NCBI GenBank assembly: GCA_030390025.1
Contig: CM059431.1
Location: forward strand, 147,438,001-147,502,000
Source: Squalus acanthias
Lineage: Eukaryota
Reading direction: 5' to 3'
Length of the DNA: 64,000 bases
Under the pieces are notes generated by a model. That model ran no database searches. It worked only from the letters and a program-made list of their open reading frames with translations, and had not been told where the DNA came from. Positions 24,740-37,179 of this stretch are shown in pieces (positions within the stretch are counted from its first letter, which is position 1; each line of letters starts with the position of its first letter). The position numbers and the translations under genes were made by a program.

Positions 24740-26547
24740 TGAGGGGATATTTACTACTCCTAGCCCCTTTAGGGCTACCCCGGATCAGGCGTATTTCTCA
24801 GACTTTCAACTAAAGTTTGTGGTAGCCGAATCCTAAAGACGCTTAATTGGGTCTAAAGATCCGGGCGATCTCTCCCTAAAGGAAAGGAACAACCCGACAA
24901 TGTTACCGTCCTCCAGATAGCGTTTGTAATGGGCCAAAAATTCGGCCCTTCCCGGGTGAGTACACAGTGCTGGTTTCCTGCATGCACTGCGCATGCGCGG
25001 GAAACCGGAACTTCCGGTCTGGTGAAGGGGGCGGTTCCTAGGTGAACCGTGTGCGCGGGAGAGGCTGCGCGCACGCAGCAAACTTAGTTTTTTTTCAGGT
25101 TTCTACGGGAGGGTAAGTATTGAAGAACCTGCGCTTTTAAAAAGGAGGCGCAGGACCCATTTTCAACAAGGTAAGTGGCTAATTAATTATAATTAAAAAA
25201 AATTTCAACAGGTTTATCTTTTTTAGATACTTTAAAGAAAGGTAAGTTTATTTTTATCACTTTTAAAAAGTATTTTAATTTTTTCAAAAATTTAAATTTT
25301 TGTTTAAAGTGGTTAATTTATTTAACTATAGTTATTTTATAAATGTTATGGTTTATAAAAAAAATATTTTAAGTTTAGCTGTTCTTTTGGGGCCGATTTC
25401 AATTCACAGATTTGACAGGTCTCCTGTTAAATCTATGAATGAAAGATGGTCTGCTGCCATTGGCTCTCCATGGCCCACGTGATCCCAGGGGACGCATCGC
25501 ACTAACTTCAGCTCCTGGGCCTGCTCCAAGTTCCCGTGGGCCCAAAACACAACGGCAGGCGCAGTAGGTAAGTGCGCGCGCGATCCGCAGAGGCGAATTT
25601 CTGGGCCAATAAGTTTAGCTAGACTGTAACATCACGGATATTATGAAAACTCCCTCAGAATTCTGTAACTCTCCACCAAAGAGTGTACAGAGATTGAGTT
25701 TGCGAGTTTTTGATACAGAAAACTTATGTGAGATAATTCTAAAAATATATAGAGATTTATTAAAAGAGATTTATGCAATTTACGGTTGGTGAATCAGTCA
25801 ATCGCAACATTAACAGTTCTAAAAAGAGAAAACATACTATCTTTTTAACAGAGAATCTTACTTTTAAATCTTAACTTAGCTACAGTATTACAGTACTTAA
25901 AGGTTTCTTATACAGGATATACATCAATATCAAAATACCTTTGATCCCCGAGGTACAAAGAGTGGAGACTACAGAGCCGCCTCTGAAGCCGAGAATCACT
26001 TTGCCCAATTAAAGCGAGTTGATATCCCATTTGAGAGTTCAATATTTATACCCTTTTCCAGTGGTATTTCCTTTAAGGTTTTCTGCTGAAGCAAGTTAAT
26101 TATCCCTTTTCATTTTTCTGCTGACCTCCGCAATTCTTACTGCCACATCAGCCAGAATGCTGTCTCATCGCCAGGTGTTCTGGGTTCACCATATAAAAAC
26201 GGTGTCAATGGCAGGTGCTCCTTATTTTATGTCATCTTTACGAGGGCAGATTTTCCTTATCTTATGTGCCATCTTTACGAAGTTTAAATTAGAAGACCTT
26301 ATTCAGGGTGAACAACTGTTTTGTTCCCAAAAGGTCAGCTTGTCGGAGCCATGTACCTTCTGTTTCAATAAGGTTATTTATTCAGAGTCAACAACTGTCT
26401 TATCTCAGTAGCCAGAATTCTTTCACAGCTATTTCATAGTTAGGTTTCTAAATTTCCAAACCCAGTTTGTCATGTTTTAATAAGGCCAGAATTCTTTCAT
26501 AAGATAGTGTATTTTTCTGAATAGGTTATATGGCTTATTCCTTCACA
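24740..26547 (-). mobile_element. Solo LTR with a nested MITE, inserted into a 42-bp satellite unit
   Basis: TG...CA ends; 4-bp TSD CAGG (24736-24739 and 26548-26551); minus-strand TATAAA near 26047 and AATAAA near 25758. Confidence 0.8.
24931..25607. mobile_element. Harbinger-like MITE nested in the solo LTR
   Basis: Imperfect TIRs GGGCCAAAAATTCG and CGAATTTCTGGGCC; TSD AAT; AT-rich core. Confidence 0.75.
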
Positions 26548-27402
26548 CAGGAGGAGGCCATTCAGCCCCTTGAGCCTGTTACACAGGAACAGGAGAAGGC
26601 CATTCAGCCCCCTTGAGCCTGTTACACACGAACAGGAGGAGTCCATTCAGCCCCTCGAGTCTGTTACACAGGAACAGGAGGAGGCCATTCAGCCCCTCGA
26701 GTCTGTTACACAGGAACAGGAGGAGGCCATTCAGCCCCTCTTAGCCTGTTAAACAGGAAGAGGAGGAGGCCATTCAGCCCCTCGATCCTGTTACACAGGA
26801 AGAGGAGGAGGCTACTCAGCCCCTCGGGCCAGTTACACAGGAACAGGAGGAGGCCATTCAGCCCCTCGAGACTGTTACACAGGAACAGGAGGAGGCCCAT
26901 TCAGCCCCTCGAGCCTGTTATATAGGAACAGGAGGAGGCAATTCAGCCCCTCGAGACTGTTACACAGGAACAGGAGCAGGCCATTCAGTCCCCTCGAGCC
27001 TGTTACACAGGAACAGGAGGAGGCCATTCAGTCCCCTCGAGCCTGTTACACAGGAACAGGAGCAGGCCATTCAGTCCCCTCGAGCCTGTTACACAGGAAC
27101 AGGAGCAGGCCATTCAGTCCCCTCGAGCCTGTTACACAGGAACAGAGCAGGCCATTCAGCCCCTCGAGGCTATTACACAGGAACAGGAGCAGGCCATTCA
27201 GTCCCCTCGAGCCTGTTACACAGGAACAGGAGGAGGTCATTGATACCCTCGAGCCTGTTACACAGGAACAGGAGGAGGCCATTCAGCCCCTCAGGCCTGT
27301 TACACAGGAACAGGAGGAGGCCATTGAGTCCCTCGAGCCTGTTACACAGGAACAGGAGGAGGCCCATTCAGTCCCTCGAGCCTGTTACACAGGAACAGGA
27401 GG
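26548..27402. repeat. 42/43-bp minisatellite array (about 20 units)
   Basis: Same unit as 17022-21275. Confidence 0.92.
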
Positions 27403-27838
27403 CCTACTCCTGCTCCTATTTTTTATGTTATTTTGTTCTTAGGACTTCCCTGGAGTCTCCAGAAATTGAAGATTAATCTCCATTGCGAATGGTTTCCCTC
27501 TCCTCGGGTACCGCCCCACTCCCCTTTAACACTGCCATTATCACTCTCCTCAAAAAAGGCCCACCATGTCCCTTCCAGGCTTGCCTCCTTCTGCCCTTGA
27601 GGATCAGCCAGTTTGTAGGAGGCTGTAGATAAAATCAGACCTAAGAACACAGGAAATAGGAGCAGGAGTTGGACAACAAGCCCCTCGAGCCTGCTCCGCC
27701 ATTCAATAAGCACTGAGTGTGAGTCAGCAGAGAGTGCTGAGTTTGGGTAAGTGTGAGAGTCCTTTAATTGTTAGTTCTCTTTAAATCATTCTTGATTAGA
27801 GTACTTAAGCAGTTTAAGTGAAGGGGAAAAGTTAACTA

Positions 27839-30800
27839 TTTGGGGCTTCTGTTGGTGGAAGAAGATTGGCTGCCTCATCAGCCAGTAGAAGGTGAGTGAG
27901 GAGAGCAGCAGCAGCAGCAGCAGCAGCAGAAGAAGAAGAAGAAGAAGGGTGGTCTCCTTGACCAGGGAGAGGAGGAACCAGACTGCAGACCACCACCAAC
28001 CCAAACTCAACCACTCCAACTGAGGTGCCTGGAGAAGGAGCAAGAAAGGAAGGCCAAAAAATCATCACCAGAGGAGGAGAGGCCTTTCCATACTGCCTCC
28101 CCAATTGGCCTCCATTTTAGGAGAGGGAGAGAGGGGAGAAAACAACACCAGCAACCATCATCTGCTTGGAAGGAGGGAGGAAGTAAAGAACAACTACAGG
28201 TGGGTGTTATTTTGGTGACCGCGCTCCCTCCCCCCCGTTAGGTAGAGGTTGCACTATGCTTCTGAGATGAAGATAACCATAGCCAGCCTCAACATCAACG
28301 GCAGCAGGGAGGCGCGCCGTAGATTCAGTAACTTCTCGGTCCTTCGGGACGGGAAAATATGTGGTGTGCTTCCTGCAAGAAACCCACACCGTTCCGGGAG
28401 ACGAGGCCACGTGGCTCCTGGAGTGGCAAGGAGGGGTCAGCATGAGTCACCTCTCCAACAATTCCTGCGGGGTGGCCGTCTTGCTGGCCCCGCATTTTCA
28501 GCCGGAGATCTTGAGGGTCAAGGAGCACGTGCCGGGCCGCTTGCTCCAAGTCACTGTTCGCCTGGGAGGCGTGCCACTCCATTTAATGAACGTGTACGCC
28601 CCCCAGACCGGTGCGCAGCAAGTGCGCTTCTTCGGAGAAGTGTCCGCTCTTCTGGGCTCCATCGACGTGGGCGAGTGCGTCATCCTCGGGGGGGATTTCA
28701 ATTGTACCCTCGAGGCGCGGGACCGGTTGGGTCCCCCGCGAAGCCCGGCGGCGATGGAGAAGTTGCAGGACCTGGTCGGGTCCTTCGACTTGGTGGACGT
28801 CTGGCGAAATCTCCATCCCGACTCCAGCGCCTTCACTTGGGTGGGGTCTGGAGGAGGAAGGTCCAGAATCGACCGCCTTTACATTTCCCGGGCGTACATC
28901 TCCTGCGTTCCGGCAGGCTTCCATGCGGCCGGTGCCGTGCACGGACCACCACCTGGTGTGGGCGGAGCTCGCTCCGCTGCGCGCGCGGGGGGGGGGGGGG
29001 GTCCGCGTACTGGCATTTTAACAACATGCTGCTGGAGGACACGCGGTTCCGGGATTCGTTTCGCCGGTTCTGGGCCGACTGGAGAAGGAAGCGGGGTTGC
29101 TTCCCCTCCTTGAGGCTATGGTGGGACGTGGGCAAGGCTCACGTCCACGTCTTCTGTCAGGAGTACGCGAAGGGGTCGACCAAGAGGCGGGAGGCCCGGG
29201 TCGGGCGATTGGAGAAAGAAGTGCTCGACCTGGAGTCCCGTCTCGGTCAAGTCGTAGAAGACCCGGCCCTGCGGAAGGTGTACGAAGAGAAGAAGGGCGC
29301 GCTGAAGGACCTGCAGTTGGTCGGGTCCCGAGGCGCGTACGTGAGGTCGCGGATCCAGTTCCTGCGGGACCTGGACCGCGGCTCCCCCTTCTTCTACTCG
29401 CTGGAAAAAAGACGGGGGGTCCGTAAGCAGCTCTTGGGGCTGCTGACCGACGACGGATCTCTGGTCTCGGATCCGGAGGGCATCAGCACGGAGGCCCCGG
29501 GCCTATTACGGGGCTCTGTTCTCTTCGGATCCGTCCAGCGAGGATGCGCGCAGAGATTTGTGGGAGGACCTGCCGAAGGTCGGCCCGGAGGGCGCCGAGA
29601 ATTTAGAAGCTCCGCTAAGCCTGGCGGAGCTGACCGGCGCCCTGCGCCAGCTCTCGAGGGGCAAGTCCCCGGGGCTGGACGGGCTGACCGTGGAGTTCCA
29701 CAGGGCGTTCTGGGACGTCTTGGGGGACGACTACGCGCGGGGCCTGGGGGAAAGTCTGGCGACCGGGGAGATGCCCCTCTCTTGGCGCAGGGCGGTCATC
29801 GTCCTGCTGCCCAAGAAGGGCGATCTCCGCCGCCTTAAGAACTGGCGCCCGGTCTCCCTCCTCAGCACGGACTACAAAATTTTCGCCAGGGCTATGTCTG
29901 CTCGCCTTGGCACCGTGCTGGCCCACATGATCCACCCCGACCAGTCCTACACGGTCCCGGGCCGGTCCATCCACGACAGCATCTACCTGGTCAGGGACCT
30001 GGTCCACCATTCCCAGAGGGCTGGTCTGTCGGTCGCCTTCCTTTCCCTGGATCAGGAGAAGGCGTTCGACAGGGTGGATCACGAGTATCTTTTCGGGACT
30101 CTGCGCGCATTCGGGTTCGGGACACATTTCGTCGCCTGGATCCGACTTCTGTATGCCGCCGCGGAGTGTCTGAATAAAGTTAACAGGTCTTTGACGGCGC
30201 CCCTTCGCTTCGGGAGGGGGGTGCGTCAGGGATGCCCCATGTCCGGTCAGTTAGATGCCGTTTGCGTGGAGCCTTTCCTGCGCCTCTTGCGGAAGAGGTT
30301 GACGGGACTGGCTCTGCAAGGGCCGGGCGTGGAGGTGGTCCTCTCGGCTTACGCCGATGACGTGCTCCTCGTGGTCACGGATCCCGTCGACTTGCGGAGG
30401 ATGCGAGATTGCCAGCAGATTTACTCGGACGCATCCTCCGCCAAGATCAACTGGGAGAAATGTTCTGGACTCCTGGTGGGCCCATGGCAGGTGGACTCCC
30501 TGCCGGAGGAGTTCAGGCCCTTCGCCTGGAGCACAACGCACCTCCTCTACCTGGGAGTCTACCTCAGCCCGGCCGAGGACGCCTGGCCGGCGAACTGGCA
30601 AGAGCTGGAGGCCAAAGTCACCGCTCGCCTAGGGCGCTGGACGGGACTGCTCCGAGTGTTGTCCTACAGGGGTCGAGCGCTGGTCATAAACCAGCTGGTG
30701 GCCGCCATGTTGTGGTACCGGTTGGTCACTTTAATCCCTCCCCCTGCGTTTGTCGCCAAGATGGAGAAGAAGCTCGTCGACTTTTTCTGGGACAAAAGGA

Positions 30801-32239
30801 AGCACTGGGTCTCTGCCGCGGTTCTGAGTCTCCCGCTTAGGGAGGGCGGTCAGGCGCTGGTGTGCCTTCGCACCCAGGCGGCGACTTTCCGTCTTCAGAC
30901 GCTGCAGAGATACCTGTACGTGGAGAATCCTCCTAGGTGGCGTGCGCTGGCGACATATTTCTTCCGCCAGCTGTATGGCCTCAATTACGACACGCAGCTC
31001 CTGTTTGTGAGAGTGGGCGGCACGCGTGCCAGCCTGCGGGAGCTGCCTGTCTTCTACCAGGAACTGCTATTTGTTTGGAACAGAGTCGCCTCCAGGCGCA
31101 GTTCTCCCCCGTCAGGAGCGGCAGCCGTCCTTCGGGAGCCGCTGCTCAGGAATCCGCACCTCCTCGACCGCGGGTTCGGTAGGCTGGCGGAGGGCAGGGC
31201 TGTACCCGGTAAGGTGACTAGAGTCGGGGACCTGCTCGATGGCGGAGGAGCGGGCTGGATGGCGCCGGAGGAGTTGGCGAGGCGCATGGGTTGGATCTAC
31301 GTCCGGCTCGCGGTCAATGCCATCGAGTCGCTAAAAGTGGCATTGGGCCCCGACTCCACTAGGTGTATCGAGGAGGCTCAGGCATGTGGGGCGATCCCGT
31401 CCGAGCTGACCCCCGTTCGGACGGAATTCCTTATCGGCGCCCGGCCCCGAATCCTCCCTCGGGAGCCGCCGCCTCACCACTTGAGCCTTCTCGGAGAAAT
31501 GCCCTCCGTGCCCTTTCAACCCGCACGGAGGCGTTTCCTGTACGGGCTGCTCCTGCACGCTTTCCACTTTGCCATCTTCGTCTGCCGTCCGGACACGCCT
31601 TGGCGTACCATCTTGCCGTCCGGCGGAGGCAAAGGTCCCCAATGGAGGGCTCTCTATGCGGGAGTCTTCCCTTGTTGTATTGGGGACTTGGCCTGGAGGG
31701 TGTTGCACGGAGCAGTCCCGTGCAATAGGTTATTAAGTAGGTTTACGGACTCCCAGGCCGCTTGCCATTTCTGCGGCCTGGAGGAGTCCGTATTTCACGT
31801 ATATATAGAGTGTGAGAGGTTGCAGCCCCTCTTTCATTACCTGAAGGGGCTGCTCCTTAATTTCTGGTTGCACTTCAGCCCCACGCTCCTGATCTATGGT
31901 CACCCGGTGCGGAGGGGAGCGGGCAGGTCGGAGGACCTCCTCGTGGGACTGCTCCTGGGCCTGGCTAAGAAAGCCATTAATTAGTCCAGGCAGCGGGCGG
32001 TCGAGGCGGTCGTTCGGCCCGATTGCCTGCCTCTCTTCCGCGGCCATGTTCGCGCCCGGGTGGCCCTGGAGATGGAGCACGCGGTGTCCGCCGGCACGCT
32101 TGAGTTTTCCGCGACCGGTGGGTGCCGCGGGGGCTGGAGTGCATCGTCACCCCGGTCTACCAAATTTTAATTTAATTTGTTAAGTTTCCTTTAAAGTTTT
32201 ATTTAGTTACAGATAATTGATTGGTTTACATCAAAAGAG
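27839..32239 (+). mobile_element. Tx1-type (L1 clade) non-LTR retrotransposon lacking ORF1
   Basis: Purine-rich leader with (CAG)n(AAG)n, then ORF2 directly; short AT-rich 3' end with no poly(A); ends approximate. Confidence 0.7.
28267..32170 (+). pseudogene. Tx1 ORF2 (APE endonuclease, RT, C-terminal Cys/His zinc motif) with several frameshifts and a nonsense codon
   Basis: MKITIASLNING, FLQETH, NVYAP, GGDFNC, SRIDRLY, TDHH, KSPGLDG, NWRPVSLL, LDQEKAFD, GVRQGCPMS, AYADD, CHFCGLEESVFHVYIEC; 808-aa uninterrupted segment 29558-31984. Confidence 0.93.
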
Positions 32240-32527
32240 TAAGAAGAGTAAAACAAGGTTACACTGCAGTAGCAGTAAATTGGCACAGCAGGCAGTGGAA
32301 ACCAGTTTTCTAATCAATCAGCAGGGGTCAAAGTCAGCGGGCGGGGCCAATTCATTGGTACCCGTATATAGGTGGAGCTGTTGCTAAACCCGAGACACGA
32401 CACTAGTAGTGTCTCCCACCCTCCCACCTCCTCTAACCTTTAGGGGTAGAGGGAATTTAAAAGGTAGGTTCGATTTATATTTTGTTTTCAGGGACTTAAC
32501 TTAATAAAGTAATATAAGGGTTAAGTC

Positions 32528-33472
32528 ATGGCAGGAAATCTCGGAACCGTGTCGTGCTCCTCCTGTGCTATGTGGGAAATCAGGGACACTTCCAGTGTCC
32601 CTGACAACTATGTGTGCAGGAAGTGCGTCCAGCTGCAGCTCCTGACAGACCGCATGGCGGCACTGGAGCTGCGGATGGACTCGCTCTGGAGCATCCACGA
32701 TGCCGAGAACTTTGTGGATTACTCATTTAGTGAGTTGAACACAACGCGGGTCAAGGCTAGGTCAGACAGTAAATGGGTGACCAAGAGGCAGGGCAATATC
32801 AGGAAGGTAGTGCAGGAGTCCCCTGCGGTCGTCTCCCTCCAAAACAGATATACCGTTTTGGATACTGTTGGGGGAAATGACCTACCAGGGGAAGGCACCA
32901 GCAGCCAGGTTCATGGCACCATGGCTGGCTCTGCTGCACAGCAGGGCGGGAAAAAGAGTGGTAGAGCTATAGTGATCGGGGACTCAATTGTAAGGGGAAT
33001 AGACAGGAGTTTCTGTGGCCGCAACCGAGATTCCAGGATGGTATGTTGCCTCCCTGGTGCAAGGGTCAAGGATGTCTTGGAGCGGCTGCAGAACATTCTG
33101 GAAAGGGAGGGTGAAGAGCCAGCTGTCGTGGTGCATGTCGGTACCAACGATATAGGTAAAAAGTGGGAAGAGGTCCTACAAGCAGAATTTAGGGAGCTAG
33201 GAGCTAAATTGAAAAGTAGGACCTCAAAGGTAGTAATCTCTGGGTTGCTACCAGTGCCACGTGCTAATCAGAGTAGCATGAACAGGATAGCGAGATTAAA
33301 TACGTGGCTTGAGCAGTGGTGCAGGAGGGAGGGATTCAAATACCTGAGGCATTGGAACCAGTTCTGGGGGAAGTGGGACCTGTACAAAAGGGACGGTCTG
33401 CACTTGGGCAGGATTGGAACCGATGTCCTCGGGGTAATATTTGCTAAGGCAGTTCGGGAGGATTTAAACTAA
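32528..33472 (+). CDS. CR1 ORF1p: N-terminal zinc finger / coiled coil + SGNH (GDSL-like) esterase, intact
   Basis: CSSCAMW..CRKC, VIGDSIVR, CLPGA, HVGTND, DGLHL; 314 aa with ATG and stop. Confidence 0.92.
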   Translation: MAGNLGTVSCSSCAMWEIRDTSSVPDNYVCRKCVQLQLLTDRMAALELRMDSLWSIHDAENFVDYSFSELNTTRVKARSDSKWVTKRQGNIRKVVQESPAVVSLQNRYTVLDTVGGNDLPGEGTSSQVHGTMAGSAAQQGGKKSGRAIVIGDSIVRGIDRSFCGRNRDSRMVCCLPGARVKDVLERLQNILEREGEEPAVVVHVGTNDIGKKWEEVLQAEFRELGAKLKSRTSKVVISGLLPVPRANQSSMNRIARLNTWLEQWCRREGFKYLRHWNQFWGKWDLYKRDGLHLGRIGTDVLGVIFAKAVREDLN

Positions 33473-33519
33473 TATGGCAGGGGAATGGGAACCTATGTAG
33501 CGAAACAGGGGGAAGTAAT

Positions 33520-36453
33520 ATGCAGTCAGAAACAAATGTTAGAAGGGTGAGAAACAATAAGGGAAATCCGAGTAAACAAAGGCAAGAAACACAAAGGGCC
33601 ATACTAAATCATAAGTCTAAAAGGACAAAGGGTGTTAATAAAACAAGCCTGAAGGCTCTGTGTCTTAATGCAAGGAGTATCCGTAATAAGGTGGATGAAT
33701 TGACTGTGCAAATTGATGTTAACGGATATGATGTAATTGGAATTACAGAGACGTGGCTCCAGAACAATCAAGGCTGGGAACTGAATATCCAGGGGTATTC
33801 AACATTCAGAAAGAATAGAATAAAAGGAAAAGGGGGTGGGGTAGCATTGCTGGTTAAAAAGGAGATTAATGCAATAGCTAGGAAAGACATTAGCTTGGAG
33901 GATGTGGAATCAATATGGGTTGAGCTGCAGAACACCAAAGGGCAGAAAACGTTAGTGGGGGTTGTGTACAGACCTCCAAACAGTAGTAGTGAGGTGGGGG
34001 AGGGTATGAAACAGGAAATCAGAGGTGCATGCAAAAAAGGAGCAGCAGTTATCATGGGTGACTTTAATATGCATATAGATTGGGCTACTCAAACTGGAAG
34101 CAATATGGTGGAGGAGGATTTCCTGGAGTGTTTAAGGGATGGTTTCCTAAACCAATATGTTGAGGAACCAACTAGAGGGGAGGCCATCCTGGACTGGGTG
34201 TTTTGTAATGAGGAAGGACTAATCAGCAATCTTGTGGTGCGAGGCCCCTTGGGGAAGAGTGACCATAGTATGGTGGAGTTCTACATTAGGATGGAGAAGG
34301 AAACAGTTAATTCAGAGACCATGGTCCAGAACTTAAATAAGGGCAACTTTGAGGGTATGAGGCGTGAATTGGCGAGGTTAGATTGGCAAGCGATATTTAA
34401 GGGGTTATCAGTGGAAGGGCAATGGCAGACATTTGGAGATCGCATGGATGAACTACAGCAATTGTACATCCCTGTCTGGCGTAAAAATAAAAAAGGGAAG
34501 GTGGCTCAACCATGGCTAACAAGGGAAATCAGGGATAGTATTAAAAGCAAGGAAGTGGCATACAAATTGGCCAGAAGTGGCAGCAAACCCAGGGACTGGG
34601 AGAACTTTAAAACTCAGCAGAGGAGGACGAAGGGTTTGATTAGGGCAGGGAAAATAAAATATGAAAGGAAGCTTGCGGAGAACATTAAAACGGGCTGCAA
34701 AAGCTTCTATAAATATGTAAAAAGAAAGAGGTTAGTAAAAACAAACGTAGGTCCCCTGCAGTCAGAAACAGGGGAAGTCATAATGGGGAACAAAGAAATG
34801 GCAGATCAGTTGAACAAGTACTTTGGTTCGGTGTTTACTGTGGAGGACACAAACAACCTTCCGGAAATAAGAGATCAAATGATCTGGTATGAGGGAGGAG
34901 CTGAGGGAAATCCTTATCAGTCGGGAAAAGGTGTTGGGGAAATTGATGGGACTGAAGGCTGATAAATCCCCAGGGCCTGATGGTCTGCATCCCAGAGTAC
35001 TTAAGGAGGTGGCCTTGGAAATAGTGGATGCATTGACGATCATTTTCCAACATTCCTTAGACTCTGGATCAGTTCCAAAGGAGTGGAGGGTGGCTAATGT
35101 AACCCCTCTTTTTTAAAAAGGAGGGAGGGAGAAAGCAGGGAATTGTAGACCGGTCAGCCTGACATCGGTGGTGGGTAAAATGATGGAATCAATTATTAAA
35201 GATGTCATAACAGACCATTTGGAAAGTGGCGACATGATAGGTCCAAGTCAGCATGGATTTGTGAAAGGGAAATCATGCTTGACAAATCTTCTGGATTTTT
35301 TTGAGGATGTTTCCAATAGGGTGGACGGGGGGGAACCAGTAGATGTGGTGGATTTGGACTTTCAGAAGGCCTTCGACAAGGTCCCACACAAGAGATTGGT
35401 GTGCAAAGTTAAAGCACATGGGATTGGGGGTAATGTGTTGACGTGGATTGAGAACTGGTTGGCACACAGGAAACAAAGAGTAGGAGTAAATGGGTACTTT
35501 TCAGAATGGCAGGCAGTGACCAGCGGGGTACCGCAGGGTTCGGTGCTGGGGCCCCAGCTGTTTACATTATATATTAATGATTTGGACGAAGGGATTAATT
35601 GTGATATCTCCAAATTTGCGGATGACACTAAATTGGGAGGCAGTGTGAACAATGAGGAGGATGCTAGGAAGCTACAGAGTGACTTGGACAGGTTGGGTGA
35701 ATGGGCAAATATATGGCAGATGAAGTACAATGTGGATAAATGTGAGGTTATCCACTTTGGTGGTAAAAATAGGGAGGCAGACTATTACCTGAATGGTGGC
35801 AGATTAGGGATAGGGGAGGTACAACGAGACCTGGGCGTCATGGTACATCAGTCACTGAAGGTGGGAAGGCAAGTGCAGCAGGCAGTCAAGAAAGAAAATG
35901 GCATGATGGCCTTCATAGCAAGGGGATTTGAGTACAGGAGTAGGGAGGTGATGCTACAGTTGTACAGGGCCTTGGTGAGGCCACACCTGGAGTATTGTGT
36001 GCAGTTTTGGTCTCCTAACTTGAGGAAGGACATTCTTGCTATTGAGGGAGTGCAACGAAGGTTCACTAGATTGATTCCTGGGATGGCCAGACTGACATAT
36101 CAAGAAAGACTGGATCAACTGAACTTGTATCCTCTGGAGTTCAGAAGAATGAGGGGTATCTTATAGAGGCGTTTAAACTCCTGGCTGGTTTAGACAAATT
36201 AGATGCGGGCAGAATGTTTCCAATGTTAGGGGAAACTAAAATAAGGAGTCACAGTCTAAGGATAAAGGGGAAGCCATTTAAGACTGAGATGAGGAGGAAC
36301 TTCTTCACCCACAGAGTGGTGAATCTGTGGAATTCTCTACCACAGAAGGTTGTTGAGGCCAGTTCGCTAAATATATTCAAAAGGGAGTTAGATATAATAC
36401 TCACAACTAGGGGGATCAAGGGGTATGGCGAGAAAGCAGGAATGGGGTACTGA
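33520..36453 (+). pseudogene. CR1 ORF2p (APE + RT) with two frameshifts and one nonsense codon
   Basis: CLNARSI, ITETWL, VYRPPN, GDFN, SDH, KSPGPDG, PQGSVLGP, KFADD; breaks near 34885, 35114 (TAA) and 36158. Confidence 0.95.
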
Positions 36454-36599
36454 GGTAGCATGTTCAGCCATGAACGCATTGAATGGCGGTGCAGGCTCGA
36501 AGGACCGAATGGTCTACTCCTGCAGCTATTTTCTATGTTTCTATGTTTCTATGAAGCAGCTGAAGACGGTTGGGCCTCGGACACATTTGAAGTTTATTC

Positions 36600-37087
36600 A
36601 CCTGAGAGGACAGTCGGGGCCTCGGTTTAATGTATCATCCGACAGTGCGGCGCTCACTCAGTGCTGCCCAGCTGACAGTGCAGCGCTCCCAGAGTACAGC
36701 CCCTCCGACAGTGCAGCACTCGCTCAGTACTGGCCCTCCGACAGTGCGGCGCTCACTCAGTGCTGCCCCTCCAACACTGCAGCGCTCCCTCAGTACTGCC
36801 CCTCCGACAGTGCAGCACTCCCTCAGTACTGCCCCTCCGACAGTGCAGCGCTCCCTCAGTACTGCCCCCCGACAGTGCAGCACTCCCTCAGTACTGCCCC
36901 CCGACAGTGCAGCACTCCCTCAGTACTGCCCCGCCGACAGTGCAGCGCTCCCTCAGTACTGGGCAACCAGGGAGTGTCAGGCTGGGATTATGGGGCTCGA
37001 GTCTCTGGAGTGGAGAATCTGGAACCCACGACCGTCTGACTCAGAGGCGAGAGAGAGAGAGAGACTGAGACCCACTGAGCCACGACT
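36600..37087 (-). mobile_element. tRNA-head SINE (SacSINE1/DeuSINE-like) 5' part with about 10 copies of the 33-bp repeat
   Basis: Reverse complement of the head GTGGCTCAGTGGG near 37080; 33-bp units at 36640-36961. Confidence 0.7.
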
Positions 37088-37179
37088 GACAGGTAGGAAA
37101 GAAAGTCATTGATCAGGAAGATATGTAGCAGGAGAGGACAAAGGGTTTGGGGAATTGAAGTCAGCGTTGTGGTACTCAC

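Larger units (their letters stand above)
27712..36553 (+). mobile_element. Near full-length CR1 LINE with a Tx1 element inside its putative 5' region
   Basis: ORF1 esterase, ORF2, 3' UTR and (TTCTATGT)n tail; possible TSD AAGC at 27708-27711 and 36554-36557. The 5' boundary is inferred. Confidence 0.65.

Noticed and set aside
27786..28104. Poly-Leu and poly-Ser/Ala ORFs as the missing FAM111 first exon
   Set aside because: They come from (CAG)n(AAG)n microsatellites in the retrotransposon leader; no PIP-box-like motif
28987..29001. G15 run as a programmed frameshift site in Tx1 ORF2
   Set aside because: Several other frameshifts nearby; homopolymer expansion or sequencing error is more likely
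28249..29838. 529-aa ORF as Tx1 ORF1 or a novel protein
   Set aside because: It is a patchwork of in-frame and out-of-frame ORF2 sequence caused by compensating frameshifts
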